Numbered from the stretch's first letter, positions 1-9,718 are shown. The stretch: DNA of 28,564 nucleotides from a virus (IMGVR_UViG_3300025821_000030:1-28564); one strand, 5' to 3'. A program made the numbers and translations. Notes: generated from the sequence alone by a model not told the origin.

Positions 1-104
1 CTTAACGTAGTTCTTTTAGTTGTACCATTTTGAACTAATGCAAAAGATTCATCTCCTTGCAATGCAGTTGCTATTGGTAAAGCAGATATTTTTGAATTTG
101 CCAT
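1..104 (-). CDS. Putative virion/fibre protein, 5' part only (runs off the window)
   Basis: Hand translation from ATG at 104: MANSKISALPIATALQGDESFALVQNGTTKRTTL...; TAATG overlap with the upstream ORF; a KISxLP N-terminus is typical of phage fibre/structural proteins. Confidence 0.6.
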   Translation of the reverse strand, partial: MANSKISALPIATALQGDESFALVQNGTTKRTTL

Positions 105-325
105 TATAATATAATTTTAGAATTATCTTCTTGAAGAATCAAATCAGTATCTTCTTTAGTTAAAAAATTACCTTCTACTCCCGTAATAACACCAATGCCT
201 TGAGCCCAATTATCACCATCACAACATTCTATTGAATAGGTATTATTTTGACACAAACACGCTCTTCTACCTCCTCTAGGGGAAGTAGGATTAGGGATGT
301 AATTATTTCTTTTAATGCCTTGCAT
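104..325 (-). CDS. Small Cys-rich phage protein (CLC...CC motif; C-terminal LxxEDxxxIxQED)
   Basis: 73-aa ORF, translationally coupled (TAATG) on both sides. Confidence 0.7.
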   Translation of the reverse strand: MQGIKRNNYIPNPTSPRGGRRACLCQNNTYSIECCDGDNWAQGIGVITGVEGNFLTKEDTDLILQEDNSKIIL

Positions 326-1233
326 TATATTTCTTTTAATTGTTTCAATTTACTTAATGCCCAAGTCTTAGCAGATTTACCTCCCCATAAAAGATATGAG
401 ATAGTTCCACAGGCTTTTGTGTCCGATGGATTATAATACTCCTCTGCTCTACTTAAATAAGAGTACATTCTTTTTATTGTACTTACTGAAATAGGTTTCC
501 CTTTTGATAGTTGTTGCGCTCTTATTTTGCCTACATCTGTTGCGCATTTATTGTTAACTTTCTTATTTAATTCAATTCCTCTTTGAGCGTTGTTCTTAAC
601 TGAGTCGGGATAATCTGAATAAGATTCCATTTCTATCTTACCATCCTTTACAATGCCTCTAATCATTGAAAGCATTTCTTTTACTTCTTCTTCATCAATA
701 TCTTCTAGACTTAATTTTGATGCTTCTATCTTATCTGCAAAGAACCCTTCTATGCTGAATCCCTTTACCTTTCCCGTTTTCACATAATCGTTCCATACTT
801 CTTCGTTGTTTACTTTAACCGTACCCATCCAAGTTCCAACAGGAACACTCATGTTATACTTTCTTGATTTATCTTGAACCTCATCTTCAACTATCCAACT
901 TTCAACTAGAGTCAATCCTTGTAGGTTACTAGAATGTTCTAGGGTTGAATTGTTTTGATATCCGTTCGTTAAGTATCTTTGCGAGGCTTTTAAGACAGTA
1001 TCTCTTGAGAAATATATATAATACTCATCTCCTTCTGTCTTTCTGTATATAGGCTTATTTGGGATTAATAAAGCACCCATTAGAATTTTCTTCTCTTTAT
1101 CTACTTCTGCTAGTTTAATTTCATCAGACTTTAAAGCGACAAAATCAGATTCTATGGCAGGTGATTCAACAATAGAAATCGCTTCTATTCCGCTTTCCTC
1201 ATTTTCATCTAAAACTAATTCTACTATCTTCAT
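325..1233 (-). CDS. Prohead protease, XkdF-like phage serine protease, with extra C-terminal domain
   Basis: Motifs AISIVESPAIE, LMGALLIPNKPIYR, TLEH, ESWIV, GTW, VKTGKVKGFSIEG; C-terminal SYSDYP...TIKRMYSYLSR...LLWGG domain. Confidence 0.8.
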   Translation of the reverse strand: MKIVELVLDENEESGIEAISIVESPAIESDFVALKSDEIKLAEVDKEKKILMGALLIPNKPIYRKTEGDEYYIYFSRDTVLKASQRYLTNGYQNNSTLEHSSNLQGLTLVESWIVEDEVQDKSRKYNMSVPVGTWMGTVKVNNEEVWNDYVKTGKVKGFSIEGFFADKIEASKLSLEDIDEEEVKEMLSMIRGIVKDGKIEMESYSDYPDSVKNNAQRGIELNKKVNNKCATDVGKIRAQQLSKGKPISVSTIKRMYSYLSRAEEYYNPSDTKACGTISYLLWGGKSAKTWALSKLKQLKEI

Positions 1234-1240
1234 ATTTATG

Positions 1241-1263
1241 TAACGTTTATTTTTTTTTATTTT
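1241..1263 (-). promoter_or_regulatory. Putative phage late promoter (AAAAT-N13-CGTTA, 7 nt before ATG)
   Basis: Same sequence and spacing as the sites at 8681-8703 and 26945-26967. Confidence 0.7.
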
Positions 1264-1267
1264 GCTT

Positions 1268-3673
1268 TTATATAGTAGCTGATTCTATTATGTTACGATC
1301 TAAACTTTGTGAGGTTGTAACATCACTTGAAACTACATAAGCCTTTATAGGTGGTTGTGATCCCATTAAATCAGCGATCTGACTTGTTCCACTTGTACCT
1401 ACTACATTGAATTGTGGTGCTTGTGGTTCTGATCCTACTGTTGCCGTTGGAGTTGTTATTGATGGCATTGGTGAATCATTACCGCCTATCTGTGTTGCTA
1501 CCTTTTTTGTTCCTTTAACTGCTTTAATTACACTTGATATAATACCCGCTGCGGTAATACCGTAAGAAACTAAAAAGGGCAATGCTTGAGGTAATCCTAA
1601 TCCTAACGTTCTTGCAAATCCTGTTCCAATCGATTGTCCTGCTACTGCTGCATCTAATCCTGCTTCTAAAGATGCCTTTGTGGCTTTGCTTTGTAGAACT
1701 CCCATATCAATTAAAAGTTCTTTGGCAGCCATTGCTTGTTTCGCTATTAAGGCTGCTTTTCCTAATCTACTTTCTGCTCCTGCTATTGCTACAATTCCGT
1801 CTAATGATCTTTGGTTCATTGCTTCTTGTTCTCGGAAAATAGCTACATTCGCAGCATGAGTTTCCTCATCTCTAGCTTTTTTGTCAGCGTCTAATTGAGC
1901 ATCAATTAATTCTTTTTGTAAAGCATAAGATTTATCATAAGCTAATTTTAAAGCTAGTTCTTGTTCTTTGGTTTCTGATATTAATTCAATTTCTTTATAC
2001 GCTCTTTCTCTTTCAAGTTCTAATTTTTTAGTAGCATCATTTGCTAATAAATCTTGTTCTTTTTTTATAAATTTAGCAAGTAGTTTTTCCCTATCTGCTT
2101 CTGCTTTGGCTTTCTCTTTTGCTAATCTTGCAGCTTCTGCTTTCTTTTTTTCTACATCTTCTAAAAGTTGCTCATCTTCTATTTTTTTAGATTCTGCCCT
2201 TGCTTTTTCTTTTTCTTTTTTCTCTTGAGATAGTTGATACCTTACCCAAAAAGTATTTTTTCTTGCGGTGAGTTCTCCCGACAAATCAACTCCTTTTTGG
2301 ATTCGTTCTTGACTTGCTTGTAATTCTGCTTCTGCTATTAATAAATTTGATTTTACTTTTTCAGCATCTATTGCCTTACCAATAAAAGGTACTTCAGAAA
2401 TTAAAAGAATCGCTTCGTTTGAAAACTTTTTAATTACTCCCGCAAAATAACCGAAGCCACCTGCAATTATTTCTCTAGACATTGAAATACCAAGACTTAA
2501 AGAATCAAAGAAATCCTTAAACCCAAAAGCAGTGACATCAATTGCCTTGCCCAAGAAATTAATTGAAGCAGTTAAGCCTTTTACCAAGAACCTCTGTATT
2601 GCATTTATTGGACCCTCTCCATCTTCTATACCTAATAAGAAACCATCCCAAGCAGAACCTAGTTTAGTCATATCCCCTGCAAGATTGTCTAATCTAATTT
2701 CTGCCATATCCCTAGCAGTTGTTTCTAAATCAGTAAAAGTTTTAGTTAATCCTTCAATCTTTTCTCCCGAACTAGCTAAATTCAATAAAGATTTTGCCCC
2801 TACAAGTCCAACCAATTCAATAGCAGTATTCATCTTATTACTACTAGAATTTACTTTTTCAAATCCTTCTTCTAGAGTTAACCCTTTTTTATTTAACTCA
2901 ATAAATGTTTTACTTAATCCTGTTCCTGCTATACTTCCTTTTAATCCCGAATCAGCTAAAACTCCTAATAAAGCAGTTGTTTTTTCAATACTAACTCCTG
3001 TCGCTCTTGATGTAGGAGCAACTAATTTTAAAGATTCAGTTAAAGACTCAAAATTTAAAGCAGAAGAAGCAGTACTTACTGCAAGAACATCAACAACCCT
3101 TTGAGTATCTGTTGTATCTAATCCAAATGCTCTTACAGTACTACCTGCCAACATAGCAGCACTAGAAAGATCAACTTCTAAAGATGACGCTAAATCTAAA
3201 ATAGCAGGAGTAGAGTTTTCAATATCTCTAACACTAAAACCTAGCTTTGCCAATTCTGTTTGCAACGCTACAACTTGAACTGCAGTATAAGCAGTTGACT
3301 CACCTAATTCTTTAGCTTGGTTGGATAGTATTGTTATTTCCTCTGCAGTAGCACCCGATACTGCTTTTAAACCCGATAAAGATTTTTGAAAACTAGCACC
3401 TAAGTCTGCTGCTGATTTAAACAAGGCAACTAGAGAACCAAAAGCCACAACCAAAGCACCAACTCCTGTGCTGATCATTGCAACTTTTAACTTTCCTAGC
3501 ATTGGGATAGCACCTGTTACCGCATCGCCAAATCCTTTAAAAGCACCTTTTAATCCCGTACCTACGGCTTTACCTTTTTTGCCTGTATCATCGACTTCTT
3601 TGTTAAGTTTTTTTACATCCTTAACTGCTTTGTCTGTCTTAGCAATAATCTCAACTTGCTTTACAACTGCCAT
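1268..3673 (-). CDS. Tail tape measure protein (TP901 family)
   Basis: 801 aa, Ala/Gly/Leu-rich; AKELGESTAYTA, ELAKLGF, LDLA, GSIAGTGL and RLDNLAGD motifs; long coiled-coil. Confidence 0.9.
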   Translation of the reverse strand: MAVVKQVEIIAKTDKAVKDVKKLNKEVDDTGKKGKAVGTGLKGAFKGFGDAVTGAIPMLGKLKVAMISTGVGALVVAFGSLVALFKSAADLGASFQKSLSGLKAVSGATAEEITILSNQAKELGESTAYTAVQVVALQTELAKLGFSVRDIENSTPAILDLASSLEVDLSSAAMLAGSTVRAFGLDTTDTQRVVDVLAVSTASSALNFESLTESLKLVAPTSRATGVSIEKTTALLGVLADSGLKGSIAGTGLSKTFIELNKKGLTLEEGFEKVNSSSNKMNTAIELVGLVGAKSLLNLASSGEKIEGLTKTFTDLETTARDMAEIRLDNLAGDMTKLGSAWDGFLLGIEDGEGPINAIQRFLVKGLTASINFLGKAIDVTAFGFKDFFDSLSLGISMSREIIAGGFGYFAGVIKKFSNEAILLISEVPFIGKAIDAEKVKSNLLIAEAELQASQERIQKGVDLSGELTARKNTFWVRYQLSQEKKEKEKARAESKKIEDEQLLEDVEKKKAEAARLAKEKAKAEADREKLLAKFIKKEQDLLANDATKKLELERERAYKEIELISETKEQELALKLAYDKSYALQKELIDAQLDADKKARDEETHAANVAIFREQEAMNQRSLDGIVAIAGAESRLGKAALIAKQAMAAKELLIDMGVLQSKATKASLEAGLDAAVAGQSIGTGFARTLGLGLPQALPFLVSYGITAAGIISSVIKAVKGTKKVATQIGGNDSPMPSITTPTATVGSEPQAPQFNVVGTSGTSQIADLMGSQPPIKAYVVSSDVTTSQSLDRNIIESATI

Positions 3674-3804
3674 TTTATCTCTCTTTTAATAATCTTAAAG
3701 CCTTCCTTTAATGTGGTCGGTAATTTATTTTTTCCTTGTGCTATTTTTATGCGTTCAGTATTTCCATCCGCTTCTTCTAGCATTTTAATTATCATCTTAA
3801 TCAT
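3661..3804 (-). CDS. Small hypothetical protein (47 aa; not in ORF track)
   Basis: MIKMIIKMLEEADGNTERIKIAQGKNKLPTTLKEGFKIIKREIKWQL; fills the gap, with an ATGA overlap upstream and a short overlap with the tape measure start. Confidence 0.65.
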   Translation of the reverse strand: MIKMIIKMLEEADGNTERIKIAQGKNKLPTTLKEGFKIIKREIKWQL

Positions 3805-5948
3805 AGTATGTTGATTAATTCAAAACTTGTTTCACCTGTTTGAAAATTAGTTGTCATTGAGTTGATTTTGTAATTCTGATTGTTTATTTCTATTACGTTG
3901 TTTAGTTTTAAATTGTATAAAATATTCAACGGCAAAAAGGCTTTTACTTTTATGAATCTTCTTTTTATATTAAACGATTCAGAAATAAAGTTTTTATAAT
4001 ATCCTTCAAATAAAGTATTAGAAAATCCTGTTGCTTGACTAAACTCATTTACTTCTTCATTGAAATTTATATTGCTTGTGCTTATATTAGAATAAAGTGA
4101 AACACTATTTGAAGGCAAAATAAGTGAACTTAAAGAATCGTTATTTGTTGAGTTTTCCCTAACAGATACTAAGGTTAATTGGCTTTGTCTTATAGGATAA
4201 AAAATTAAAGGCTTACCAATATAAGGCTGCTGATTTTCATTAACAGAATAACCATACATAATATTGGTTTGTGATCCTCCATTTAAGTTATTAATCCTAT
4301 CAAAAAGCATATGTTCAAATGGCAACTTAACACTATAAGTTTCACTAGGAGCATCATATACTTCTCCATTTAAAGTGTATCTTAATTCACCCCATCCTAC
4401 ATTGTTTAATTGATTATATTTCTTTGCTAAAAAAGTTCCTGTTCCCTCGTAACTAAAATTGATTTGTTTATAAGGCAAAGCTACATTTACTTGACTTGAA
4501 TTAACATCCATAAACTCATCAATCGAATACACATTAGTTGTAGCGCTTCCAATCTCATTCCAAAACCTTACTTCATCTTGCCATTCTTCTTCTTGAAGAT
4601 TCCAAAAACCTGTGTCTAAACTAGCAAAATAATCATCGTAAGTTTGAACAACTATCTTATCGTTCTGATGATATGCTACTAGGTTAAAAGTCTTGAATAG
4701 TCCCGAAAGAAAATCAATTATTTTAATCTCGGGAATTTGTTCGTTAATAGCAAAAGGAAAAGAGTTTGGAATTGGAACATCAGCACCCGTAACACCTTCC
4801 CAAAAATCATCGTAATTAACAGTTGATCCGCTTGAGGTATAAGAACCTCCAACGCTTAAATCTAACGCACTAAAAGAGACTTGCTCAACTGCGGTTAAAT
4901 TAAAGTTATATGTCGCAGGGTTCATTGCTCCTGCAGTTGTTTGATCTACATAAATACTACCTGTAACATATCCCGAACTATACCATACTTCTCCATTTCT
5001 TGTTATTGTGAGTAAATATTGTTTAGTGTTATCTGTTGGTACTGCTTGAAAAGAATAATAATTAACTACATTATCCGTTGGGTTAGTACTTGAAATAATA
5101 AGGCTAGTCTGAGATGATAGCGTATTTACATTTGTAGGTAAAAGGGGATCGGGAACAAATGAATTTATTAATAAATTATATTCATTACCACTTCCCGATG
5201 CTGAATCTACATCACCACTTTTACGGTGTAGCCACATAAACAAATTATAATAATCTGCGTTAGTGTCATTAAAAAAGTCATCTGAAAAACTAAGTCCTAA
5301 TTCTGTTAAGTAATCAGTTTCAATTTGATCTACTATTTTAGAAACTCTTAAAGCATATTTTAACTCACTCCATAAAACACCTGCTCCCGAACTTGCTTCG
5401 AATTTCATATTATTTGTTCCTGCAGTTGGTGTTCCGTTACTATCAAAAAAGACAGGACTTGAATGTGTTATCATAGGAACTACTACATCGTTTGTAGTTG
5501 TGTCTACATTCATTAAATCTCTTATGCTTGTGTAATCGTAAGTCTTATTGTAAGCAGCTAAATCTAAAGCATCTAATTGATTCTCTCCTAGAACATCTTT
5601 TAAAGCTACCGTTTCACCAAAGAAAGTTATTCTATAGGCATAGGCTTTATTTCGTTTAAGATCAACACCATCCAAACGCATAAACCCCTGCTTAAAGGGG
5701 ATGTAATTTAATTCAATATATGATGATTTTTTAACCCTAGCATTAAATCCATTTACTATATCAAAATTATAATAATGCTGAAATAAAATATTATTCGTTG
5801 GAGAGGCAGGGACTGAAAACGTCTGAGTAAATTCTGTAAAAATCTTAGAAACGTCTTTAACGTTTTTTAAAGATTGGGTAAGCGAAATTGTTTCATCCTT
5901 GAATAAATCTAGTCTCGTTGAGCCAACATAAATCTGAACCTTCTGCAT
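3801..5948 (-). CDS. Tail tip/baseplate hub-like structural protein
   Basis: 715 aa, beta-rich; N-terminal RLDLFKDETISLTQSLKNVKDVSKIFTEFTQTFSVPAS; located in the tail module. Confidence 0.65.
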   Translation of the reverse strand: MQKVQIYVGSTRLDLFKDETISLTQSLKNVKDVSKIFTEFTQTFSVPASPTNNILFQHYYNFDIVNGFNARVKKSSYIELNYIPFKQGFMRLDGVDLKRNKAYAYRITFFGETVALKDVLGENQLDALDLAAYNKTYDYTSIRDLMNVDTTTNDVVVPMITHSSPVFFDSNGTPTAGTNNMKFEASSGAGVLWSELKYALRVSKIVDQIETDYLTELGLSFSDDFFNDTNADYYNLFMWLHRKSGDVDSASGSGNEYNLLINSFVPDPLLPTNVNTLSSQTSLIISSTNPTDNVVNYYSFQAVPTDNTKQYLLTITRNGEVWYSSGYVTGSIYVDQTTAGAMNPATYNFNLTAVEQVSFSALDLSVGGSYTSSGSTVNYDDFWEGVTGADVPIPNSFPFAINEQIPEIKIIDFLSGLFKTFNLVAYHQNDKIVVQTYDDYFASLDTGFWNLQEEEWQDEVRFWNEIGSATTNVYSIDEFMDVNSSQVNVALPYKQINFSYEGTGTFLAKKYNQLNNVGWGELRYTLNGEVYDAPSETYSVKLPFEHMLFDRINNLNGGSQTNIMYGYSVNENQQPYIGKPLIFYPIRQSQLTLVSVRENSTNNDSLSSLILPSNSVSLYSNISTSNINFNEEVNEFSQATGFSNTLFEGYYKNFISESFNIKRRFIKVKAFLPLNILYNLKLNNVIEINNQNYKINSMTTNFQTGETSFELINIL

Positions 5949-6937
5949 TAACGTACATTGTTTATATAATCAAAAGCCATATCAAATTCCATTGTATATT
6001 CAATTAGCTTATCATTTAAACTAGTCTTATATGTAAACGAACTTGTATTAATAATAACGGGTACTACTTGCTCTGTTGATGGATCATACGGATCGGGTTG
6101 TGTTAGCCATATTTGCTTACTTAACATCAAGTCTTCAAAGAATGGATTAGCACCTTCAGGATAATAACCGCTACTTAATATTATCTTTTGATTTGCTGAT
6201 TTATTAAAGACTGTCTTTGTTGGATTGTTAACTGAATAGGTTGCATTTCCTCCGCTTATTGTTATTGTGTTTGCGTTATAAGTTTCCTTTGTTGAGGTTG
6301 TTGTTTTTACACTTTTCAAAAAGAACCATAAATCCTGTAATGCTCCGTATTTATTTACGAAAGTTATTTTATTTCCTTCTCCATACCTGCTGCAATTAAC
6401 TCTAATAATATTAACTAAAACATTACCTATTGGTGTAGCTAAAGAAATTGTCTGAGGATTAGATGTGTCAAACCCTGTGTAAGATAAAACGCTATTTGTT
6501 GAAACGGGAACAACACCCGATACTCCCAAAGGAGCATAAAAATAATACCCATCTTTAATTACATCCTTTTCAATTAGCCATTCGTAAGAACTTACCGTTG
6601 GGTTTATTCCTTCCATAAAAGTTCCATATCCATCAAATCCCTTATGAGTTGTTTCAGTTGAATCATACCCCCCACCTCCTCCATTTGGTAAACTCCAATA
6701 TTTATAATCAAAACTTATATCTGCGGTTTGTGCAGTATACGTTCCATTAAAAGTAACGTTTAAATAGTCTCTTACCAACTCAGCTATTTCAAAAGTCAAT
6801 ACCGTTCCAACCGTTCCATTTTTTATAATATTGTATCTAAGTGTTCCGTTAATCGTTAATCTTAACTCAACACTATTCATTGCACTTGGTACAGTAACGC
6901 TTTCTAATCTTGGTGATCTTAATAATATATTTGCCAT
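5948..6937 (-). CDS. Tail structural protein (distal-tail-like)
   Basis: 329 aa, beta-rich; FVNKYGALQDLWF and YKTSLNDKLIEYT motifs; tail module position. Confidence 0.55.
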   Translation of the reverse strand: MANILLRSPRLESVTVPSAMNSVELRLTINGTLRYNIIKNGTVGTVLTFEIAELVRDYLNVTFNGTYTAQTADISFDYKYWSLPNGGGGGYDSTETTHKGFDGYGTFMEGINPTVSSYEWLIEKDVIKDGYYFYAPLGVSGVVPVSTNSVLSYTGFDTSNPQTISLATPIGNVLVNIIRVNCSRYGEGNKITFVNKYGALQDLWFFLKSVKTTTSTKETYNANTITISGGNATYSVNNPTKTVFNKSANQKIILSSGYYPEGANPFFEDLMLSKQIWLTQPDPYDPSTEQVVPVIINTSSFTYKTSLNDKLIEYTMEFDMAFDYINNVR

Positions 6938-6939
6938 AT

Positions 6940-7479
6940 TTATTTTTTTATTCCTAACACAAGACTTTTCTCTACATCTAAAGCGAAGGCTTTAACTAGA
7001 TCATCGGGCATTTGTGTGAATGCTTTATTAAACGGTTTAGTAAAAAACAAACTAGGCTTTAATCCTTGTGCAAAAATTCTTTCTTGCAACCAAAACCCTA
7101 TAGTCTTATATCCTCCCTTTCTGAACTTTCCGTCTTTGTCTCTAAATCTTATCTTTTTCATCTTTGCCCATTGCATTAATGGTTTTAATGGAGGTCTTTT
7201 TGATTTGTATCTATAGGGACTTCTTGGTGCTTTCTGAATACCGTTCTTTACTAAGCTAGGATTTGCACCCTTTACCCCTAAGTCTTGAAACGTTCCATAG
7301 TTTTCCATTAAGAAATCTAAAAGAAAAGCGTTCTGCTCTTGATCTAAATCATAAGAAATAGATTTGTATAATGAACCCCCTCCCTTACCGTCTTTGGTTA
7401 GGTTGCTTTTGCTTTGCTGAACCACATATTTAGCAAACTTGTTTAATACTTGATTTGTTTCTTTTAGTGTCATTAGCAA
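6940..7479 (-). CDS. Neck/tail completion protein (virion morphogenesis)
   Basis: Basic ~177-179 aa protein with SLYKSI, YG.FQDLGV.G and GLKPSLFFTKPF motifs; next to a tail-terminator-like gene. Confidence 0.6.
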   Translation of the reverse strand: MLMTLKETNQVLNKFAKYVVQQSKSNLTKDGKGGGSLYKSISYDLDQEQNAFLLDFLMENYGTFQDLGVKGANPSLVKNGIQKAPRSPYRYKSKRPPLKPLMQWAKMKKIRFRDKDGKFRKGGYKTIGFWLQERIFAQGLKPSLFFTKPFNKAFTQMPDDLVKAFALDVEKSLVLGIKK

Positions 7480-7943
7480 TGTCTGATATCGTTGTATATT
7501 AAGACATCAAACGTAGATGTCCATCCTGCTAATTCATTTTCAAACCTATCATAGAACGGCTCTATAGTTGCGTTCCCATCGAATTGGTATTTGTCTTGAT
7601 GTAGTGTCCCACCTCTTAATACTTGTATCAGCTTATTAGAGACTGATAGCTGCGTGTTTAGTATGTCTTGTAGGTTGTTATTCCCTCTGAACAAATTCGT
7701 TGTCTCTTCCTTGCTTATATCAACGATATCCATATTTAAAATACTAAGATTAAATCTTAACACTCCGTCTTCTTGACTTACTTGGTTTACCATTATATGA
7801 GCAAGTGGGAAAATATCTTGTTTCTCTAAATTGATTTCTTCAAGATTCCCCTGCGTAACAGTTCTTGTATTAACATCGGATAACAAACTATCTTTTATTG
7901 TTTCCGTTAATTGATAATAACCCCTTATTCCTTGATCGCTCAT
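7473..7943 (-). CDS. Tail terminator/completion-like protein
   Basis: 156 aa; IFPLAHI and EPFYDRFENELAGW motifs; tail module position. Confidence 0.55.
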   Translation of the reverse strand: MSDQGIRGYYQLTETIKDSLLSDVNTRTVTQGNLEEINLEKQDIFPLAHIMVNQVSQEDGVLRFNLSILNMDIVDISKEETTNLFRGNNNLQDILNTQLSVSNKLIQVLRGGTLHQDKYQFDGNATIEPFYDRFENELAGWTSTFDVLIYNDIRHC

Positions 7944-8200
7944 TTTTTGTTTTTAATTTGCTGAGATTCTGCCTCCTGCTTTTCCTTTATAAATGACAAC
8001 ATCGTTAAGCATTCGTGTATGTTTAATTTAGTGATATTTTCAAATCTTGTAATATCTCCTTGAGCGAGTTCGTATACTGAACTAAACCATCCCCACTTTT
8101 GTCCAAACCCTGCTGCGACTGATGTTGTTTCCCTGCTTCCTCCTCCGCTAAATAACGACTCGTAACGAGCAGAGATAGATCCATCCCTAAATGAAACAAA
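7940..8200 (-). CDS. -1 frameshift extension of the tail assembly chaperone (gpGT-like)
   Basis: -1 frame is open for 86 codons from the T10 run (FVSFRDG...FGQKWGWFSSVYELAQGDITRFENITKLNIHECLTMLSFIKEK...) and ends in a TGA overlapping the next ATG. Confidence 0.75.
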   Translation of the reverse strand, partial: FVSFRDGSISARYESLFSGGGSRETTSVAAGFGQKWGWFSSVYELAQGDITRFENITKLNIHECLTMLSFIKEKQEAESQQIKNKK

Positions 8201-8673
8201 AAAAAAACAGAACTAATGACTGCCTCCAAAGGCATATCCAACATATGCTCTTTACCTTCGGGGTTGTATTCCTCAATTATATACTTTCCTCCCGATCTTT
8301 GTTTGATAGGTCTGTATAAAACATTCATTGCCGTATGGATGTTTTCCCAATCACCAATAAAAGTGTCAACATCAATATACTCCCCAAGAGTCATGTCTTG
8401 AAGATCGGGATGAAATCCGTAGTTCTTACCGTTCATTTTAAATGATTGAACTAAATTAGGCTTATCCGAAAACATCCCATTTAAGGTGTTTGTAATTTCC
8501 TCTGCGTCTGATAGCTTAATAGTTAACACATCTTTATAAGGCACGTTGCAAAAGATTTCAATCATTTTACATTGCAGTAAATATTCATCTTCGCTTTTTA
8601 TTTTTACGAAGTCTTGATATTGCTTTAGTGTGATTTCTGATAAGTGGTTCGGAATAGTAATACTCGCTTTCAT
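8023..8673 (-). CDS. Tail assembly chaperone (gpG-like, zero frame)
   Basis: 216 aa; first gene of the tail block; contains a T10 slippery run (VFF codons) at 8198-8207. Confidence 0.7.
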   Translation of the reverse strand: MKASITIPNHLSEITLKQYQDFVKIKSEDEYLLQCKMIEIFCNVPYKDVLTIKLSDAEEITNTLNGMFSDKPNLVQSFKMNGKNYGFHPDLQDMTLGEYIDVDTFIGDWENIHTAMNVLYRPIKQRSGGKYIIEEYNPEGKEHMLDMPLEAVISSVFFLFHLGMDLSLLVTSRYLAEEEAGKQHQSQQGLDKSGDGLVQYTNSLKEILQDLKISLN

Positions 8674-8680
8674 AATATTG

Positions 8681-8703
8681 TAACGTATTTTTTAACTGAT
8701 TTT
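8681..8703 (-). promoter_or_regulatory. Putative phage late promoter (AAAAT-N13-CGTTA, 7 nt before ATG)
   Basis: Lies just after a terminator and before the tail block; spacing identical to the other two copies. Confidence 0.7.
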
Positions 8704-8712
8704 ATAAGACAT

Positions 8713-8740
8713 AAAAAAAGGCAGCCATTTCTGACTGCCT
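8713..8740 (-). terminator. Rho-independent terminator
   Basis: AGGCAGTCA-GAAA-TGGCTGCCT stem-loop followed by a T-tract. Confidence 0.85.
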
Positions 8741-8764
8741 AAATTAACCAACTAAAACAAAAAA

Positions 8765-9061
8765 CTAAAATCCTAATATCTCCTCTGATGCGTGTTCAAA
8801 CTTTTTTTGATACTCAATTGCCTTTGCGCACCACTTGTTTCTTTCTGTTTTGTATTCAATTAGTAGTTTGTCTTTTTTGTCTGAATCATCTTTCAACCTA
8901 GCAACATAGAAACTCATTTCATTTAATGCTTTCATCATTGCTTTAGTCTCTTCGTTGTCGGGTTTAATCTTAAGCCAATTCCTAACTAAACTCCCACACA
9001 TTTGAACGTTGCTCCAATACTGTAAATCGTGTAATCTTTGTATTTCCATATTAATAAACAC
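8765..9061 (-). CDS. Hypothetical protein (coiled-coil C-terminus)
   Basis: 98-aa ORF, last gene before the terminator; start may be the downstream ATG (MEIQ...). Confidence 0.65.
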   Translation of the reverse strand: MFINMEIQRLHDLQYWSNVQMCGSLVRNWLKIKPDNEETKAMMKALNEMSFYVARLKDDSDKKDKLLIEYKTERNKWCAKAIEYQKKFEHASEEILGF

Positions 9062-9389
9062 TAATTAAATTATTCAAAAAAGGAATAATAAATTTATCTC
9101 TTTGCTTATAGTTCGAGCATTCTTCATCATCGCAATAGATAGCCATTTCATCTATCTCATATAAATACTCATACTTACCGTCATCGGTTCTCATGTATCC
9201 ATACTCTTCGTAAGTTTCGGGATCATCAATGGTTTTCCTTACGCAAACAACATCTGCATAAATTTCAATACAACCAACCTTCCAATATAATTCTTCCCTA
9301 TGAATCTCATCATCTCCCATTGGGATTTCAATAGGCTTTAAATCATTAAGGATTTCTTCTAACTCTTGATCTGTAAATAAATTTCTCAT
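9051..9389 (-). CDS. Acidic hypothetical protein, paralogue of 9386..9718
   Basis: 112 aa; ATGA coupling; shares FTD.EL, W..G..E, EID and IIP.L motifs with its neighbour. Confidence 0.7.
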   Translation of the reverse strand: MRNLFTDQELEEILNDLKPIEIPMGDDEIHREELYWKVGCIEIYADVVCVRKTIDDPETYEEYGYMRTDDGKYEYLYEIDEMAIYCDDEECSNYKQRDKFIIPFLNNLISVY

Positions 9390-9718
9390 TTTACTTCGAT
9401 TTTGGTTTCTAAGATAGGGATAATTATGTTCTTAATCTGACGTTGTGAGCAACAACTTTCTTTATTCAAGTAAACAAACAACTCGTGATCTATCTCAACA
9501 TCATGCTTATATTCAGCTAGCAGGGGACTTAACGGGTAACACAACGTTTCCGTCACATGTACGTTTCCCCAAAACTCTAAGGCGCCACGCCTCCATACCG
9601 CCTCAACGGTACGTAATTCAACTTCGCCTATCAACTCAATCTTTACGGGATTCATTCCCATCATTTGATTTATCAATTCCGAATCTGTAAAAAATTCGCC
9701 TTCATTTATATTCGTCAT
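9386..9718 (-). CDS. Hypothetical protein, paralogue of 9051..9389
   Basis: 110 aa; first gene after a host-type promoter candidate. Confidence 0.7.
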   Translation of the reverse strand: MTNINEGEFFTDSELINQMMGMNPVKIELIGEVELRTVEAVWRRGALEFWGNVHVTETLCYPLSPLLAEYKHDVEIDHELFVYLNKESCCSQRQIKNIIIPILETKIEVK

